Assembly (NCBI GenBank): GCA_030390025.1
Contig: CM059430.1
Location: forward strand, 62,372,001-62,436,000
DNA: 64,000 nucleotides
Reading direction: 5' to 3'
From: Squalus acanthias
Lineage: Eukaryota
Position numbers and translations under genes: made by a program. The notes below the pieces were generated by a model, which searched no databases, was not told the DNA's origin, and worked only from the letters and a program-made list of their open reading frames with translations. Below, in pieces: positions 10,902 to 25,700 of the stretch; position 1 is the stretch's first letter; each line of letters begins with the position of its first letter.

Positions 10902-11860
10902 CTTCCAATCCTCCTTAGATATGGGGCTGGTTCCAGAGGACTGGAGAATTGTAAATATTACACCCTTGTTCAAAAAAGGGTGTAAGGATAAACCCAGAAA
11001 CTACAGGCCAGTCAGTTTAACCTCGGCAGTGGGTAAGCTTTTAGAAACGATAATCAACGACAAAATTAACAGTCACTTGGACAAGTGTGGATTAATTAAG
11101 GAAAGCCAGCACGGATTTGTTGCAGGCAAATCGTGTTTAACTAAATTTAATGAGTTCTTTGATGAGGTAACAGAAAGGTTTGACGAGGGCAATGCATTTG
11201 ATGTGGTGTATATGGAATTCAAAAAGGCGTTTGATAAATTGCCACATAATAGGCTTGCCAGAAAAGTTGAAGCCCATGGAATAAAAGGGATAGTGGCAGC
11301 ATGGATACGAAATTGGTAAATTACAGTTAACAGAGTGTAGTGGTGAACGGTTGGTTTCCGGACAGGAGGAAGCTATACAGTGATGTTCCCCAAGGGTTGC
11401 TACTGCTTTACTTGATATATATTAATGACTTGGACTTGAGTGTACAGGGCACAATTTCAAAATATGCGGATGAGACAAAACTTGTAAGTATAGTGAACAG
11501 TGAGGAGGATAGTGGTAGACTTCAAGAGGACATAGACAGGCTGGTGGAATGGGCGGACATGTGGCAGATGAAATGTAACGCAGAACAGTAGGAAGTGGTA
11601 CATTTTGGTAGGATAAACGAGGAAAGTCAATGATCTGGAATGCACTGCTGGAAGGGTGGTGGGTGTAGATTCAATCATGGCTTTCAAAAGGGAATTGGAC
11701 AAGTAAATGAAGTAAAAATAATTGCAGGGCTAAAGCAAAACGGCTGGCGTAGTGGGATTAGCTGAAGTGCTCTTCCGGAGACGCGGCACGGGCGCGACGG
11801 GCCGAACGGCCTCCTTCTGTGCTGTAACCATTCTATGCTTCTATTCTATGATTCTATGTA
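10902..11860 (+). mobile_element. CR1 LINE RT fragment with 3' tail
   Basis: ORFs 10921..11319 ([22 protein letters not shown]) and 11340..11591 (YADET); attctatg tail. Confidence 0.85.
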
Positions 11861-12371
11861 TTATGATGTTACAAAACTTGATTCCGGTTGCAAGCCTCAG
11901 CTTAATGTTGAAAAGAAAAACACAGTATTATCAAACAATTTGGTTGATTCCTCCTTATTTAATGGTTATAGTTTGCTGACTGGTCATGCGTTATTGTTTT
12001 AATACGATCTTAGCAATTCAACATTGGTGCTGTTTCTACCCTCCTTCTGCACATTTGATTTTGACGTTCACATATCAATTATTATTTGATGCTTTTTAAT
12101 GATGTTAACTTAATTTAAACACAACAGATGTAAGTGTTATTCAACGACACAATCTTCGAGATAGATTGTTGGCATTCTCCGACCAGAATGTTGTGGATAT
12201 AAATTCCCAGATTCCTTTAAATCGACAGGCTTAGATTCCTGGAATTGACTAACTCTTTCGTGCTTCGCTCCGTGATTGTCCACTTGGTCCAAATATAGAG
12301 AATGTGAATGAACGGGTGTTGTCACATGAGGAAAGAAGGTCAAAGGGCCATGGTGCAACTCACCATGAAAA

Positions 12372-12807
12372 GAATAATAGAATCATTGAAATTTATGGCA
12401 CAGAAGGAGGCTATTCGGCCCATCGTGTCTGCGCCGGTCGAAAAAGAGCCATCCAGACGATTCCCTCCTCCCAGCTCTTGATCCATAGCCTTGCAGGTTA
12501 CGGCACTTCAATGCATATCCAGGAACTTTTTAACTGTGATGAGGGTTTCTGCCTCTACAACCCTTTCAGGCAGTGTGTTCCAGATCCCCAACGCCCTCTC
12601 AGTGAAAAAAGATCTCCTCAACTCCCCTCTAATCTTCTACCAATTACGTTAAACCTATGCCCGTTGGTTATTGCCTTCTCTGATAAGTGATATACGTGCT
12701 TCCTATCTACTCTATCTAGGCCCCTTATAACTTTATACACCTCAATTAATTCTTCCCTCGGCGTTATTTTTTCCAAAGTAAACAACCCCAGCCTATCCAA
12801 TCTTTCC
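12372..12807 (-). mobile_element. CR1 3'-end fragment
   Basis: ERLDRLGLFTLE..LIEVYK..GH; tail and ggcc 3' UTR on the minus strand. Confidence 0.8.
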
Positions 12808-14175
12808 TTTTTTTTAATTCGTTCATGGGCCGTCGGTATTGCAGGCAAGGCCAGCATTTATTGCCCATTCCTAGTTGCACTTCAGAAGTTGGTGGTGAGC
12901 TGCCTTCTTGAAACGCGTCAGTCCGTGTGGTGAAGGTACTCCCACAGTGCTGTTAGGTAGGGAGTTCCAGGACTTTGACCCAGGATGATGAAAGAAAGCC
13001 TATTTACTTCAAAGTCAGGATGGTGTATGATTTGAAAGGGAACTTGGAGGTGGTGGTGTACCGATGCATCTGCTGCCCTTATCATTCTAGGTGGTAGAGG
13101 TCGCAGGTTTCGGAAGGGCTGCCGAAGAAGCCTTGACGAGTTGCTGCAGTGCATCTTGTAGATGGTACACACTGCAGCCACGGTAAGCCGATGTTGGAGG
13201 GAGCGAATGTTTAAGGTGCCAATAAAGCGGGCTGCTTTGTCCTGGATAGTGTCGAACTTCTTGAGTGTTGTTGGAACTGAACTCATCCAGGCAAGTGGAG
13301 AGTATTCCATCACCCTCCTGACTTGTGCCGTGTAGATGGTGGAAAGGATTTGGGGAGTCAGGAAGCGAGAGACTCGCCACAGAATACCCAGCCTCTGACC
13401 TGCTCTTGTTGCCACAGAATTTATGTGGCTGGTCCAGTTAAGTTTCTGGTCAATGCTGACCCCCCAGGATGTTGATGGTGGGGGATTCGGCGATGGTAAT
13501 GCCATTTAATGTCAAGGGGCGGTGGTTAGGCTCTCGCTTGTTGGAAATAGTGATTGCCTGGCACTTGAATGACGCGAATATTACCTGCCACTTATCAGCC
13601 CAAGCCTGAATGCCGTCCAGGTCTTGTTGCATGCGGGAATGGACTGCTTCATTATCTGAGGTGTTGCGGATGACACTCAATGTTGTGCAGTCCTCAGGGA
13701 ACATCCCAACGCCAGACCTTATGATGTACGGAAGGTCATTGATAAAGCAGCTGAATATGGTTGGGCCTAGAACATTGAGATTTACCCCAATTCCCTTAGA
13801 CTTCAGTTTTACTAGGGCTCCTTGATGTCACACTCGGTCAAATGCTGCCTTGATATCAAGGGCAGTCACTCTCACCTCACCTCTGGAATTCAGCTCGTTT
13901 GTCCATGTTTGGAACAAGACATGTAATGAGCTCTGGAGCCAAGTGTTTCAGGCCGAACGCAAATTAGGCACCAGTGAGCAGGTTATTGGAGAGTAAGTGC
14001 TGCTTGATAGCACTGTCGACGACACCTTCCATCACTTTGCTGATGATTGAGAGTAGACGGATGGGGCATTAATTGGCAGGTTTGGATTTATCCTGCTTGA
14101 TGTGGACAGGAAATACGTGGACAGTTTTCCACATTGTCGGAAAGTTGCCAGTAGTATAGCTGTACTGCAACACTT
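12808..14175 (-). mobile_element. Second LINE family (CR1/L2-group RT), 5'-truncated
   Basis: ORF 12918..13505 IYTAQVRRVMEYSPLAW; 3' end gggcaataaatgctggccttgc..A-tail shared with the copies at 37440 and 41140. Confidence 0.85.
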
Positions 14176-14309
14176 TTTAACCCTAGCATTCTAATCTTTT
14201 TCAACCGAACACTCGCCACTAATGTCTGCCGCGTCTCTCTCTATCCTCCTATCATTCTTCCTGCCCTATCCCTTAGGGCCCCTTTATAGATTCATAGTAA
14301 CATAGAAAC

Positions 14310-14560
14310 AGAAGTAGGCCATTGTGCCCTTGGAGCCTGTTCCACCATTCAATGTGATCATGGCTGATTTGTGACCTAATTCCACATACCCGCCTTTTGG
14401 CCATACCCCTTAATACCTTTATTTAGCAAAAGGCAATCAATCTCCATTTTAAAATTAACAATTGATCTGTCATCAATTGCAGTTTGCGGAAGAGAGTTCC
14501 GAAATTCTACCACTCTTTGTCTTTAGAAGTGTTTTCTAATTTCACTCCTGAAAGGTTTGG
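14310..14560 (-). mobile_element. CR1 3'-end fragment
   Basis: catagaaa..gaagtaggccatt..cccttggagcctg, the reverse CR1 3' UTR. Confidence 0.65.
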
Positions 14561-15640
14561 CACTAACGGGGGCTGGCTTGGACTTAGAAAACCAACAATA
14601 TGGGTAAATTGTCATTTTTGGAATTATAACGTTGTGGAGAGTGCGGTGGGGGTGTTTGATGCAACAGTGTAAATATCTCAATACTAGCAATGTAATCAAA
14701 TAGTGCAACCACAGTTACAGAAGACAATTGCCAACAGGTTGTGATTTTTGCAGTTGTTATTTGTACACAACATCCGCGATCAGAATTTATGTCATGGACG
14801 ACACTAATTCAAATGTAAGTGCTGAGGTAATTCAGTTATATATAAAGACTGGGCTATGGGGAAAGAGCAGGGGTGTGGGACGAATTGGATAGCTCTAACA
14901 AAGAACCGGCACAAGCACGATGGGCCGAATGGCGTCCCGCTGTGCGTTATCATTCTACGATTCCGTCATTCTAAGATCGCTTCTAACTTCTTTTTATAAG
15001 GAGTAAAATACCGCGACAGGAACAACATCAATTAGTAAATCCTCTTAATATAGTAACAATCATGGAGACATTTGTACGTTATTTGCCGAACTCTGTTGGT
15101 ATTTTAGGCATTTGTCCAGATCCTAGAATATCTGACCCAATGTAATCAATGTTATATTATTGTAGGACATCAAGAAATTACATCAAGTGCTAAGAATTTA
15201 ACCAACGTTACGGTACGGAACCTATGTGTTGGTGAATAAATAAAATGTGCAGCATGAATCCAATTCATGGTCTGACCTGGGGGAGTTAGCCTCACAGATG
15301 CCACATGAGTAATTCGTTGCAACTGAATTAGCAACATTTCTCTCAAAATGGTTACAATTATGATGAAAGAAAATGCGCTTAATTTTAGCCGAAGTCTGTT
15401 GATATTTTGGACATTATCCAGAGCTGCAATTTGGGAGCCCATATGATCCATATTACAGCATTGCTGTACAGAAGTAAATTGCGTCGAATGTCCCGGATTT
15501 AACCAATTTCACTGTACTGAATATCTGTGTGGACCTATAAATAAAACGCCAGAAAATGCATGAAGGAAATACTTCTGCGGCTTGCCTTATACTTAATATA
15601 ATATGAGAATGGAAACAATGGGACACATGCAGGCGCCTTA

Positions 15641-16111
15641 AATAAAGAAATACTTGCATTTATATAGCGCCTTTCACGACCAGCTGACGTCTCGACGCGA
15701 TTTACAGCAAATTAAGTACTTTTTGGAGTGCAGACACTGTAGCAATATAGGAAACGCGGCAGCCAATTTGCGCACGACAAGCTCCCATAAACAGCAATGT
15801 GATAATGATCAGATAATCTGCTTTTGTTATGTTGATTGAGGGATAAATATTGGCCAGGACAGCGAGATAACTACCCTGCTCGTCTTCGAAACAGTGCCGT
15901 GGGATCTTTCAACTCCAACTGAGTGAGGAGGCGGGACTTCGGTTTAATGTCTCATCCGAAAGTCGGCACCACCGACAGTGCAGGACTCCCTCAGCACTGC
16001 ACTGGTATGTTAACCTAGATTTGTGTGCTCAAGTCCCTGGAGTGGGATTGTGAACCCACAATACTTCTGACTCAGAGGTGAGAGTGCACTCCACTGAGCC
16101 ACAGCTGACAC
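15641..16111 (-). mobile_element. tRNA-derived DeuSINE (SacSINE1-like)
   Basis: A box TGGCTCAGTGG, B-box-like GGTTCACAATCCC, Deu-domain-like centre (aaagatccc..gtcctggccaatatttatccctcaa..gcgcaaattggctgccgcgtttcct), tail GCGCTATATAAATGCAAGT. Confidence 0.8.
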
Positions 16112-16112
16112 T

Positions 16113-17255
16113 CAAGGAAGTGAAATAAATTATTATTGGTAAAAAAATAGGACTGGAGAAATTAATGGGACTGAAAGCCGGTAAATCTCGTGGACCTGAT
16201 GACCTGCAACCTAGGATTTTGAAAGAGGTGGCTATAGAGATAGTGGATGCATTGGTTGTCATTTTCCAAAATTCCTTCGATTCTAGAATGGTTCCCGTGG
16301 ATTGGAAGGTGGCAAAATTATCCCCATTATTTAAGAAAGGAGTGAGACAGAAAACTGGGAACTACAGACCAGTTACCCTGACATCAGTAGTAGGGAAAAT
16401 GCCAGAATATTTTAATAAGGATGCTTAGAAAATAATAATAGGATTGGGCAGAGTCAACATTGATTTATGAAAGGGAAATCGTGTTTGACAAATCTGGTAC
16501 AGTTTTTTGAAGTTGTAACCAACAGAATAGATGAGGGGGAACCAGGGGATGTGGTGCATTTGGATTTTCAGAAGGCATTCCATAAGGTGCCACACAAGAG
16601 GTTATAAAACATAATTAGGGCTCATGGGATTAGTGGTAATATACCAGCATGGACTGGGGATTGGTTAACGGACAGAACACAGAGAGTAGCAATTAACAGG
16701 TCATTTTCGGGTTGGCAGGCTGTAACTATTGGGGTTCCGCAAGGATCAGTGCTTGGGCCTCAGATATTCACAATCTACACCAATGATTTGGATGAGGGGA
16801 CCAAATGTAATATATCCAAATTTGCTGATGATACAAAGCTGGGTGGGAATGCAAGTTGTGAAGAGGATGCAAGGAGTCTTCAAGGGGATATTGTCAGGCT
16901 AAGTGAGCGGGCAACAACATGGCAAATTAAATATTATGTGGAGAAATGTGAGGTTAACCACTTTGGTACGAAAAATAGAAAAGCAGAGCATTTTTTAAAT
17001 GGTGAGAGATTGGGAAATGTTGGTGTTTAGAGGGACCTGGGTGTCCTTGTACAAGTATCACTGAACGTTAACATGCAGGTACAGCAAGCAATTAGGAACG
17101 CAAATGGTATGTTGGCCTTTATTACAAGAGGATTTGAGTATAAAAGTAAAGACGTCTTTCTGCAATTATATAGGGCCCTGGAGAGACCACACCTGGAGTA
17201 TTGTGTACAATTTTGGTCTCCTTACCTAAGGATGGATATACTTGCCATAGAGAGC
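16113..17255 (+). mobile_element. CR1 LINE RT fragment
   Basis: ORFs 16165, 16749 (KFADDTKLGG) and 17073 (RPHLEYCVQFWSP), with stops. Confidence 0.88.
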
Positions 17256-19769
17256 TGAGCTACTGAGCCATGCTGTTTACTTTGCTCCAGAAATCGATAC
17301 GCTCGTGCCAATATTTAGCAAAACGTCTCGTGCAGCAAAAAACAAACTAGTTAACGACTCCGTTGTACCTTACATCTTATCAGAACCCGGTACTGATAGA
17401 ACGCCCAAATGTTCATGGTTTTTAATGCTGTACGTGAATGTGTTACTTTCGTTTACATAATTATCAAAATAATCTACTTCACGTTGACTTAATCTCCAGC
17501 TCGAAGCAAACGAATTGTTATTAGATGAGCAAATAGAATGTGACATAGATTGCAACATAACGGCAAAGAAACATTTGCACATTTACTTACATCTCGCAGG
17601 CCCGGTGTCATTCCGGATAAAACTACTAATCTCTTGCAGAAACCTGAGCTAATCAAGCCCATTCAGCACAAATTTCAAAAAGGTAGATCGCGCTTGACTT
17701 ATAGGCTTTACTGAAGAAATGACAGAGAAGAGAAAAAGGAAAGGTAATAGATGAAGTTTAAATACATTTTAAAAACGCATTTGATACCGTCCCAAATATT
17801 ATAACGCCACGTGGAAGTAAGAGTAAGGTGGCCACATGGTTGGAGAAATAGAGCGAAGAGAGGAAACAATGTTTAAGGGTAAAATGACGTTTCTCGTGGT
17901 AAGATATGGCGAGTGGTGTTCCACGGGCAATGCGTTGGGCTACTTCTATATATTATACGCATCAATTATCTTGACTGGGGAATTGAGGGTGCATCATTAA
18001 AACGTGCAGATGACATTTTAAGGTGAGTCGGGAAAGAAATTATGCTGCAGGTCGTGAAATGCAGCAGACGACATCGAAAGTTAGTTTGAAGGGCAGATAG
18101 ATGTCTGATTTTGAATGCAGGGAAATGTGAAATAGTATATTTTTGCAGGTACATTTAGAAACAGGAAATGCATCTTGAACGGTATGATTTTAAATGCTGC
18201 AGAGGAGCACAGGGACCTCAATGAATGATTGAAACAGAAGTTTATTACGAAGTAAAAATACAAAGGGAGTGTCTTGGTTTAGATTTTGGTGCCATCGAAT
18301 ACAGAAGCAAGGAGATAATGTTCAACTGGTGTAAGAGCTTATGTAGAACTATGGAAGAATACATAAAATATATTAAAAGGCGCTGCCTAACTGACCAAGA
18401 ATGAAGAATTATTAATTGAGAAACGTGGACTTCTTTAACTGGAGCTCAAAAGATGGCTGAGTGACTTGATAGAGGTTTTCAAAACAACAAGGTTTTATGA
18501 CAAGAACATAGTGATAGGTTATTTTCACTGTCCAGTAGACGGTGGCGAGTGAGTACAACTTTAACATAATCGGAAAAAATAAAGGGAGAGGTAAAATACT
18601 CTTTGCTTGGTTAGACTTTGTGATGTGGACGTGTCTGCCACAAAACGTTGCTAAATCATAGCCCAAGAGTTATTTTAGAATTGAATTAGTTGCATGAAAA
18701 AGAGGAATATTAACGATTGTGTGAATTTAAATGGTAAATGAAACCAACTGAGTGGAGAGAAAAAAAAGTACAGACTTTGGTTCACTGCTGTAAAACGCTT
18801 GTTAATGCACAGTCATCAAGCCCGAGCAGCTGGGCAGAACAAGATGCATGGATTCACTTCGTCTTGTATTATCTTTACATTCGGAGCTGAACCCTTGCTC
18901 AATGGAACTGTTCGGCTGCCTTTCTGCCAGTAACTAGCCACACAATGTTCTAACCCAGTAATTCAAGTGATCTACTTCCTGAATACTCACAGCTTAATCA
19001 TGGAAACTCCGAGTTGTTTATAGCTGACGAGGCAACCACGCTAATATGGATAAATGGTTGCAGTTCTATTCTCTCTCTTGAGGCTTGTTAATTCTCTAGC
19101 TGCATGCCAAACCATACAGCCTGCTTATATTTATATTATCTACGACTGTCAACATTTTAAAGGCATGTTTAGTGCGGTCTTTTGTCCAATAAAAATGCAT
19201 TACGCTCTGTCGGGCATTTCTCACAACTTAAGTAGTATGTCCCGGATTCATTATTGTTGTTCGTCTCAGAACTCTCTGGAATCACAATCCATTTGAAGAT
19301 ACAACCAAATGAGAATAATGGAGGTATTTTATTTTGGTAAACGACTTGGAGTTGTCAGGGCGCATCGATTCGAATAGGAATCATACGGAATTTAGAGAAA
19401 GGCATCTTATACGCCTTCATCTGCAAGCTGTGTTCAGAGGGATTATGGAAGAGTCCATAAATTTGAGCGCCATGCCTTCCAAACCAGGAAAATCGCCTGC
19501 ACAGGAGGTCAGAACACGGTAACGCAACACACGAGTCAAAACTCAGGCTTTGCAGTTTTACCCGCAAAAAATAAATAAATCAGGAATGGTTGATTGATAA
19601 GAGAGGTCGTATCACATCTACTTTTATTGAACTTATATATGATGATATCTAGATACAGCAAAACAAATAGCGTATCATTGCAGATATTTGTCATCTGTGA
19701 AATACTATAGATTGATCAAAAATGTGCAATGCAAGATCGTTTTCTTACAAATAATTAAATGAAAATTCC

Positions 19770-22700
19770 TCAAATATTTAAGCAATAAAAACGATTTACA
19801 CACACATTCAATGATATAACACTAGAATATGTTGCACTGATTATTTTATTGTTGTAGCCTGACAAATCTAGAGTCGCCTCGCTCCCTTGTTTTGTCTGTA
19901 ATCTCATGTTTGGAAATATTGTAAATTGGTCGTTTTTACAATTTTGTGGACTGCTGACGAAAACAATCATCAGAATAACACACAGACAGCTTGAGGTACA
20001 CTACACGACCCGAGTCACCCAACCTTGTAGTCTCAGTTATCGCATGAATGTTGGTGCTGCACTGGTGATCTGTGTCTTTCTGATCCGCTACCCAGCCCCG
20101 GCTGATGGAACACAGTCCTCTCCTCTTCAAGTTTACATCTTGTAGTTAACTTAGTTCTGCTCAAACCTACTGCAGCATATCAACAATCTAAACCTTTTCT
20201 ACCCGCATGGGCCAGAAATAATTATATATGTACTAATGTGTCGAGTTTATTGCTTCACCAGTTTACAGACTACTGGTTAAGCATTGAACAGAACAACATA
20301 GGCTAGATACAAAATGCAGGAAGCACAATTAATGCAGTGATAAAAGTGTGAATGTTAAGACCGGTGAGTACTGTGGTCGTTATAACTAATAATTAAACCT
20401 GTCAATATTCGTTTTACAATAAAATGTTACGGAAATGTTTAAATGAGCGATAGTTCCAGAATACGGAGTTGCTCCATTACAAATAATATTGAATCTATAA
20501 ACAGTTATTAATTAGGTACATTTTCAACGAAGCGGGCCGTTTTCTTCTCTGCTAGATAATCACTTAAACCAGCAACGCACCGTGGGCGGGGCTGAAATTA
20601 ATTGGTCTTCGGCGGTAGCGCGAAACAGGCGATAGCGATTCGGCAACCGGTTTTACACCGCGCTCACATTTTTTTCCGAAAACCAATTTCGCCCCGAGAG
20701 TAAAATCCTTCCCCGCCGGCGTCAAATATTTTGCTGAATACGATTTGAATGACCTATTAAGCGGGACAAATACTTTTAGGAAATAGGAAAACTAATCTGA
20801 CGTGATTATAATATCAATCATTCTTCATATTTGAACCTTTTGCGGGATGAATCAATAAATGTAGCAGCTCCTCACGCCAGTTCGCTCCCTTTACGGCAAT
20901 TTTTACTTGTGAAGCAATGAAATTTAATCATAATGAATGATTGAAATAATTACTGAATTTGCATAACAATGCTTGCAAAGACCTTTCTCGCCTCGCTATA
21001 ATGCCGAACATGGATTTGAGATTCAAATTCTGCTGTCAGTGTTTGAAATCCCACTGCAGCGACCAGGAATGTTGTACAACCATTCCGGGCTGGAGTCTCA
21101 CACCTATTCAAGATACGTTCCATTCATCAGGCTGCGAAGTGGAAATTTCTGTTGCAAATATCCAGATAATCAGATCCTTCTAATTTCAATTCTGCGAGTA
21201 TTTCTGCATTTTAAAGAGCTTAATCTGTTGCTTTTTGGAACAATCAGCGCTCTTTGAAATCAGATAACACTGCCTTCAACTTTAAGTCATAATTTTGTTC
21301 TCCTAACTCTGCGCTTCACGGAATCACTCACTCCCCCGTCCCTCGCAGCTCGCTGAAGTATTGTATGAAAATCAAATGCTTACAATAGATCTTACCTTTA
21401 TTAATCTGCAGAGAAAAAGATTGGTGAAGTCAAGCGTAGGCCGCTTGCAGTCAGAATCAGGGGAATTTATAATGGGGAAAAAAGAAATGGCAGGTCAATT
21501 AAATACATACTTTGGCACTGTCTTCACAAAGGAGAACACAAATTACCTCCCAGAGATCTCGGGGAACATAGGGTCTAATGAGAGGGAGGAACTGAATGAA
21601 ATCAGTATTTGTAGGGAAATGGTGTTAGGTAAATTGACGGCATTAAAGGCCGATAAATCCCCAGGACCTGATAATCTACATCCTTGGGTAGTTAAGGAAC
21701 TGGCCCTAGAAATAGTAGATGCATTGCTGGTCATCTTCCAAAATTCTATAGACTCTGGAACAGTTCCCATGTATTGGAGTGTAGCTAATGTTACCCCACT
21801 GTTCAAAAAAAGTGGAAAAGCAAAAACGGGAAATTATACACTGGTAAGCCTGACATCTTTGTGGGGAAAATGCTAGAGTCCATTATAAAAGATGTAATAG
21901 CAGACCACTTGGAAAACAGTGACAGGATTGGACAAAGTCAACATGGATTTACAAAAGGTAAATCGTGCTTTACTAATCTACTGGAATTTTTTGAGGATGT
22001 AACTGATAGAATAGATAAGGGAGAACCAGTGGATGTGGTGTATTTGGACTTTCAGAAGGCTTTCGATAAGGTCCCGCATAAGAGATTAGTGTGTAAAGTT
22101 AAGGCACATGGGATTGGGGGCAAGGTACTGACTTGGACAGCGAACTGGTTGGCAGACAGGAGGCAAATAGTTGGAATAAACGGGTCTTTTTCCGAGTGGC
22201 AGGCAGTGACGAGTGGGGTTCCGCAGGGATCGGTCCTAGGACCCCAGCTATTCACTATATATATTAATGATCTAGACGAGGGAACTAGATGTAATATCTC
22301 CAGGTTTGCAGATGACACAAAGCTGGGTGGGCGTGTGTGCTTCGAGGAAGATGCCAAGAAACTCCAGTATGATTTGGACAGGTTGGGTGATTGGGTAGAA
22401 GCATGGCAGGTGCAGTATAATGTACATAAATGCGAGGTTATCCACTTTGTTGGCAAAAACAGAAAGGCAGATTATTATCTGAACGGCAATAGATTGGGAG
22501 AAGGGGAAGTGCAACGAGACCTGAGTGTCCTTGTGCACCAGTCGCTGAAGGTAAGCATGCAGGTACAGCAGGCGGTTAAGAAGGCAAATGCTATGTTGGC
22601 CTTCGTAGCGAGAGTGTTTGAGTACAGGATCAAGGATGACTTGCTGCAGCTGTACAGGGCCTTGGTAAGTCCACACCTTGAGTATTGTGTGCAGTTTGGT

Positions 22701-25700
22701 CGCCTTATCTGAGGAAGGATGGTCTTGCCATGGAGGGTGTGAAACGAATACTCACCAGACTGAAACCTGGGATGTCAGGAATGACGTACGAGGAGAGATT
22801 GGGTCGATTGGGCTTATACTCGCTGGAGTTTAGAAGAATGAGAGGAGATCTCATTGAAACTTATAAAATACTAACAGGGCTAGACAGATTGGATGCAGGA
22901 AGGTTGTTCCCGATTGCGGGGAGTGCAGAACAAAAGTTCACAGTCTAAAGATAAGGGGTAAGCCATTTAGGACAGAGATGAGGAGGAATTTCTTCACCCA
23001 GAGAGTGGTGAACCTGTGGAATTCTCTACCACAGAAGGCAGTTGAGGCCAATTCAGTAAATATATTCAAGAAGGAGTTAAATATATTTCTTAAGGCTAAA
23101 GGTATCAAGGGATATGGGCAGAAGGCAGGGACAGTGTACTGAGTTTGAATGATCAGCCATGATATCATCGAATGGCGGAGCAGGCTCGAGGGGCCGAATG
23201 GCCTACTCCTGCTCCTATCTTCTATGTTTCTATATTTCTATTGGCAGTGCGTCCCAATGATAAACAGGAGCAGCAGGAACGCTAATCCATATATCTAAAA
23301 CCCGAGTAGTAAGGGGACATATCGACGCTATCTGCAAGAATAATACGAGCAAATATATTAAGTTGTACACAGTGGCGAGTGTTTCTTAAAAAGAGGCCTC
23401 AGCAGAGTTCATTGGTTGAACTATTGATGTTTTTAGTAACTCCGTAGTATACAACAGCAATAAGGAAGCTTTAATTAAAAAACAGTTATTCGTTTTTAGA
23501 TGTAATATTGGGAGGGGCTTATGCATCAAATGGATGCGACAATTATGGCATTAACTGCGAAGAGCGATTGGTGTAGGAGAGGTAATATAGGAGCGGAATG
23601 TTTCCCTGGAACGAATGGTTTGTTCTTATCCTTAACTTTTCTTATGCTCTTTACTTACTGTCTGATGTAATCCCAGGAAATTCGGTGACAATTGTTTCGC
23701 CGTTCCCTGTACAAAATGCCGAATTGCAGAAATCGGTTAAAACCCCCAGTTCACACGTCTATACTTTATTGAAGTAAGAATGTCACTGAATAGTGACATA
23801 CACACATACAACACTGAATAGTGAAGGAGATGGTTTATTAATTATTCTCTGCCGAGGTTAGCAGTTCTTAATAAAAAGATGTAACCGGCTGATAAGCAGT
23901 CAGACAGTAAGAACAGTTTAAATTAAATGTATGAGACAGATCCCACTTCAGACCGCTGTGCCAAGATTAGAAGTAGGCCAAAGGGTAAATTTCAGAAGAC
24001 TTCGTTCAGAATCGCCAAAAAGCGGATCAGGATCGGGAACTGCGTTGGGAGAAACCCGAGAGCAGACAACTTGACCGTAGCTCCTGGTAATCGTCCAGAT
24101 GAAGGAAAACCAGATAACGGCGAGGAATAAACATTTTAACATGGATACCAAACAAAGAGTAACAATCAGCAAAATATGAAATATAATCGGATAACAAAGA
24201 TAAGCCTCATGTGTTATGTATCAAATACAGGAATTTGAAGGCTTAATAATGTTTTACTGAGAATGTTTGTAAGGCAGACGATATACCCGGATTTACAACA
24301 CATTGGGTTCCACTAATAATTCAAACATTAATTCTGTTTCTTTATATTCCCATGAGTTGTCCGTGTACTCCAGCAACCATTCAAAAAGACTTCCTTAATT
24401 TCACTCCCTTATGAAAAGATTTCCAAATTCTTTCGATTCAGGTGTCCACGGCTCCGACTTACATCCCCAAGAAAACCACACTCCTTCCTCCGCAGCAGTA
24501 TAACCTCTTACTCGCCATGCGCAAAGCCATGGGAAATAAGCATTATATATGGATTTTCAACAGTACAGCACATTTGAGCATAGGCTATTCTATAACAAGA
24601 AGGCGACTCCGGGGGTTATAACATCATCGGTCTCCTGTGGTGTTGCTCTTCTTGTAATTTTATCTTTGTTCCTTTCCCACTTGCGAATTATTTTTGTGCT
24701 GCCCTCTCTGTCTTTGTCTTACACCTTCTTCTTTCTTAATCTTTCTATTTGTATGTTTGTCACACACTTGATTCATCATGCTGTCTGTAACGGTCATTGT
24801 AAAGGTCTATGCAGCACTTTTTTGCATTTTATCTGGTTCCCTTCTAATTAATGACATCTGTATTATTTCTCTACTTAGGTAGTTCCAAATGTTGTGTATT
24901 GGCTCCCACACAAGTTCCATTTTTAATAAAGTCAACATCTGTCTCTCACCATTGTTTAAGGAATTCGGGATGTGGGAAGATGTAAGGCAACATGTGCTAG
25001 ATGAAAGAAGCTTTTGGAGAGGTGATGCAAGATGGAGAGTTGAGAGAGAAAGTGGGATGGGGAGACTGTCTGGCTGGAAGGAGTGTAGGCAGAGCTGCGG
25101 CCTGGACGAAAGAATGAAACAGATATGGATCATGAAATTTGGAGGGGAAGGTAGTCTTGAACAGAATGGAAGAAGGTACGACCTAGGATTCATCATGTTT
25201 TCTTGTGTGGGAGTGTTGGGATTTGCAAACTTGATGAGATTTTAGTGTTTGTTCTTGGTTGCTCGGCTTATCCAGGTAGAAGGCAATTGCGTAACTGAAA
25301 TGTGAGACCTGGGAACACAAGAAATGAGCTTGTGTTTGGGAGTAATTGACAGTGTAACAACCCTCACAGTGAATCGCCCATCAGAGGCCGGACTCAGGAG
25401 CCCCACTAGGAGACGCTCGAAACCAGACAAACGAACTGCCGCTCTTAGTCCTGCAACTGATGTAAGGAACCAGATAAAGGGAAACAAATGAGTTTTGAGT
25501 AATCAGCAAGAAATGAAAATAATTCGATAGAAGATGTACATCGCCGGATCATATTTGTTTTAACAATTAGAAGCTGATGAGGTTTAACAGGCAGTTACTG
25601 GGTGGAGGACGATACTAATCATTCGGTTTTACTATGGTTAATTGTTAACAAGATTTTACATTGAAATATTAATTTTCTCTTTGCTTTGATATTTCCTGGG

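Larger units (their letters stand above)
1..12370. repeat. Tandem segmental duplication unit 1 (paralogous to about 17970-35520 and to 44820-61416 and beyond)
   Basis: Position 1 corresponds to 17970 (identical 60-aa spurious ORFs). 9330-10180 matches 33560-35130, 12020-12365 matches 35160-35520, 17250-17800 matches 45200-45740, 7060-9220 matches 59880-61416. Confidence 0.88.

Noticed and set aside
15140-15560. Weak ~300-bp-period direct repeat
   Set aside because: Too degenerate to delimit or interpret by eye.
19770-19875. ATYSSV as a retained ITIM-like motif in copies A and B
   Set aside because: It comes from former 3' UTR brought in by deletion, lies behind a stop in A, and the upstream splice path is broken.
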